A DNA stretch of 64,000 nt, taken from positions 49,910,001 to 49,974,000 of the forward strand of contig NC_043014.1 of NCBI RefSeq assembly GCF_006345805.1, read 5' to 3'. The first letter of the stretch is position 1. Each line of letters begins with the position of its first letter. Shown piece after piece: positions 61,953 through 64,000 of the stretch. The DNA comes from Octopus sinensis. Taxonomy: Eukaryota. A program made the position numbers and the translations under genes. Under the pieces are notes generated by a model that worked only from the letters and a program-made list of their open reading frames with translations, was not told the DNA's origin and did not search any database.

Positions 61953-62077
61953 TTTTGATGACCTGAAAGCTGGTCTTGGTTACATGAAGCGCAAAGCAGC
62001 CCAGAGGTCTGAAGGACCAATTGCATTTATGAAGTCAAATTTATCCTCAACTATCGATTGCTTGTCAAGTTTATCAG
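61953..62077 (+). CDS. EXOC2: EXOC2 coding exon 6
   Basis: Encodes SFDDLKAGLGYMKRKAAQRSEGPIAFMKSNLSSTIDCLSSLS. Confidence 0.93.
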
Positions 62078-63039
62078 GTATGACTTTAATTTATTGATGC
62101 ACTCACCAGAACATTCGACAAAACCCCTTGCAATATTCAGCTAAGACCCTTTACTTCAAATGCTCCCCGTGCCAATGTTACCTTTCATATTCCTTGGGTC
62201 AAGGAATGGCAGTAAGCTGGCAGAATCATTAACACACTGATAAAAATGCTTATGGTATTTCATCTATCTTTATGTTCCGAGTTCAAATTCCACCTAGGTT
62301 GACTTTCATCCCTTCAGGGTCAATAAAATAAGTACCAGTTGAGCACTTATCTCCTCCCCTAAACTTGCTGGCCTTGTGCCAAAATTTGAAACCAATATTT
62401 AGTTACGACCTTTAGCTTTAAATCCTGTCAGGATCAATGTTACCTTTCATATTTCTTGGGTTAAAGAACGGCGGTGAACTGGCAGAACTGTTTGTACTCC
62501 AGGCAAAATGCTCCCCTCAATAGTAAATTTTTTTATCAATTACTGTCTTCCATTCATTAAAAATTTGAAGATGATTTTTTTTCCCTATGTATATACTGGA
62601 GTTGAAAAATCGATGTAACCCTAATATTGTGTTGATCTGAAGAGCTAGCCTTCTATACCTGCATTAGTTTGTAAGATGTACAATAGTACTACGCAATTTA
62701 TAGCATACTCACTTGAGAAGGCATTTAAAATAATTTATTATACACCAAAATAAATTATTTTTGTATAATGTTGTATGTGAACTGGCCACCATTCTATGGA
62801 TGTCAAGTGGTGAAATAAATATATTCATCTCATACCCACTGACTTTCTTTATATTCTGTATACGCCTCATGGAATTTGATTGGATTCACTGGATTCCAAC
62901 TACATAGGGACACTACATTACACTCCTACATGTTGGTTTACTATTTGGTTTGTGGTGTGGTCTACTAAAGGAACTTCTTTGTGATTACCACTGGATTATT
63001 TAGAGCTATGTGTTGTGAATTACACACAACATACACATG

Positions 63040-63386
63040 TACATACACGTCACCCGTGGACATGTTTACAAAGCCAGAAAACAGCACAGCTCCCATGACT
63101 TTAGGAAACATTTTTTCACGCTGAGAGTTGCTGAAGCATGGAACAAACTGCTGGCATCAGTTGCTAGTTGTCGGAGCACTGCATCCTTTAAAATTTCCAT
63201 GCTTTCTGAGATTCGCCAACATTACACCTGATCTTTCTCCCCTCCATACACACACAAGCATGTATCTGACTCATACATTGTTCACTTCCCAGACATTTGT
63301 ACATTACTGCATATGCTTTATACGCACTTTCTGACAGGTTGTGGTGCACCTGAGCACTGCACACAATAATTTCATTATTATTATTA
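63040..63386 (+). mobile_element. CR1 LINE 3' end
   Basis: Encodes TRGHVYKARKQH...RKHFFTLRVAEAWNKL...ASFK, the CR1 ORF2 C-terminus. (att)n tail. Confidence 0.85.
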
Positions 63387-63414
63387 TAAATGGTTTAATT
63401 TCTATTGTTTTCAG

Positions 63415-63486
63415 CTATGAACAGAATGTTTGCTACTGATGATATTCGTGGTGACTGTATGAATTCATATGCTGTTCTCTTGATGC
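63415..63486 (+). CDS. EXOC2: EXOC2 coding exon 7 (gene continues beyond window)
   Basis: tttcag acceptor and gtaagt donor, phase-compatible. Encodes AMNRMFATDDIRGDCMNSYAVLLM, a less conserved region. Confidence 0.8.
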
Positions 63487-63793
63487 GTAAGTACCATTTC
63501 CATTTCACCAACAATATCTTAGTCTTTTAAGGCAGCGAGCTGGCAGAAACATTAGCATGCTTGGCGAGATGGTCTGCTGTATTTCGTCTGTCTTTACTTA
63601 AACATAACCTCTGTCTAGTCTTGTGGTCTGTGGGAGAGAAAGTATTTATCTTCTGATATATGTAATAATAGAAACAGCATCCTCCTGGTCTGAGAGTGTC
63701 TGTAGTAGAGTCCATATTCTGGTAAGCATTTTGGTTAAATCACACCCCTTCACCCGGTTTGCTTTCTAATAATGTTGTTCTTGCAATTGCTGG

Positions 63794-64000
63794 CCTACAG
63801 ATGTTCAAGTGAACTTTGGTTGTATCTGTGTTGCCTGTGTGGGACACATGGACCTACAGATGTTCAGGTGAACTTTGGTTGTATCTGTGTTGCCCGTGTG
63901 GGACACATGGACCTACAGATGTTCAGGTGAACTTTGGTTGTATCTGTGTTGCCTGTGTGGGACACATGGACCTACAGATGTTCAGGTGAACTTTGGTTGT
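63794..64000. repeat. 59-bp minisatellite, at least 3.5 copies, truncated by the window end
   Basis: Unit cctacagatgttcaggtgaactttggttgtatctgtgttgcctgtgtgggacacatgga starts at 63794, 63853, 63912 and 63971. Confidence 0.95.

Overview
Eukaryotic, AT-rich, microsatellite- and retroposon-dense animal DNA. The repeat content and gene structures suggest a coleoid cephalopod, probably Octopus (inference). Three spliced + strand genes were reconstructed by hand from GT-AG junctions with consistent phases: the last three coding exons of G-protein alpha-s (GNAS, ending [10 protein letters not shown] at 5256), a complete 10-exon RPAP3/Spaghetti R2TP co-chaperone gene (29175-44227, 541 aa, single TPR domain), and the first seven coding exons of exocyst component EXOC2/Sec5 (53676 to beyond the window end). 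An intact tRNA-Leu(TAG) lies on the - strand at 47410-47491. The rest is tRNA-headed SINEs, RTE, CR1 and R4/Dong LINE fragments, non-autonomous Helitrons, MITEs, foldbacks and simple repeats, which explain nearly all ORF-track entries. The most interesting signal is a set of unrelated minimal type I hammerhead-ribozyme folds of the Penelope/retrozyme kind. One has a compensatory G3-C8 core swap (52618-52668), and one sits in a tRNA-headed element arranged as a ~620-bp inverted repeat (44727-45344). Catalytic activity is untested.
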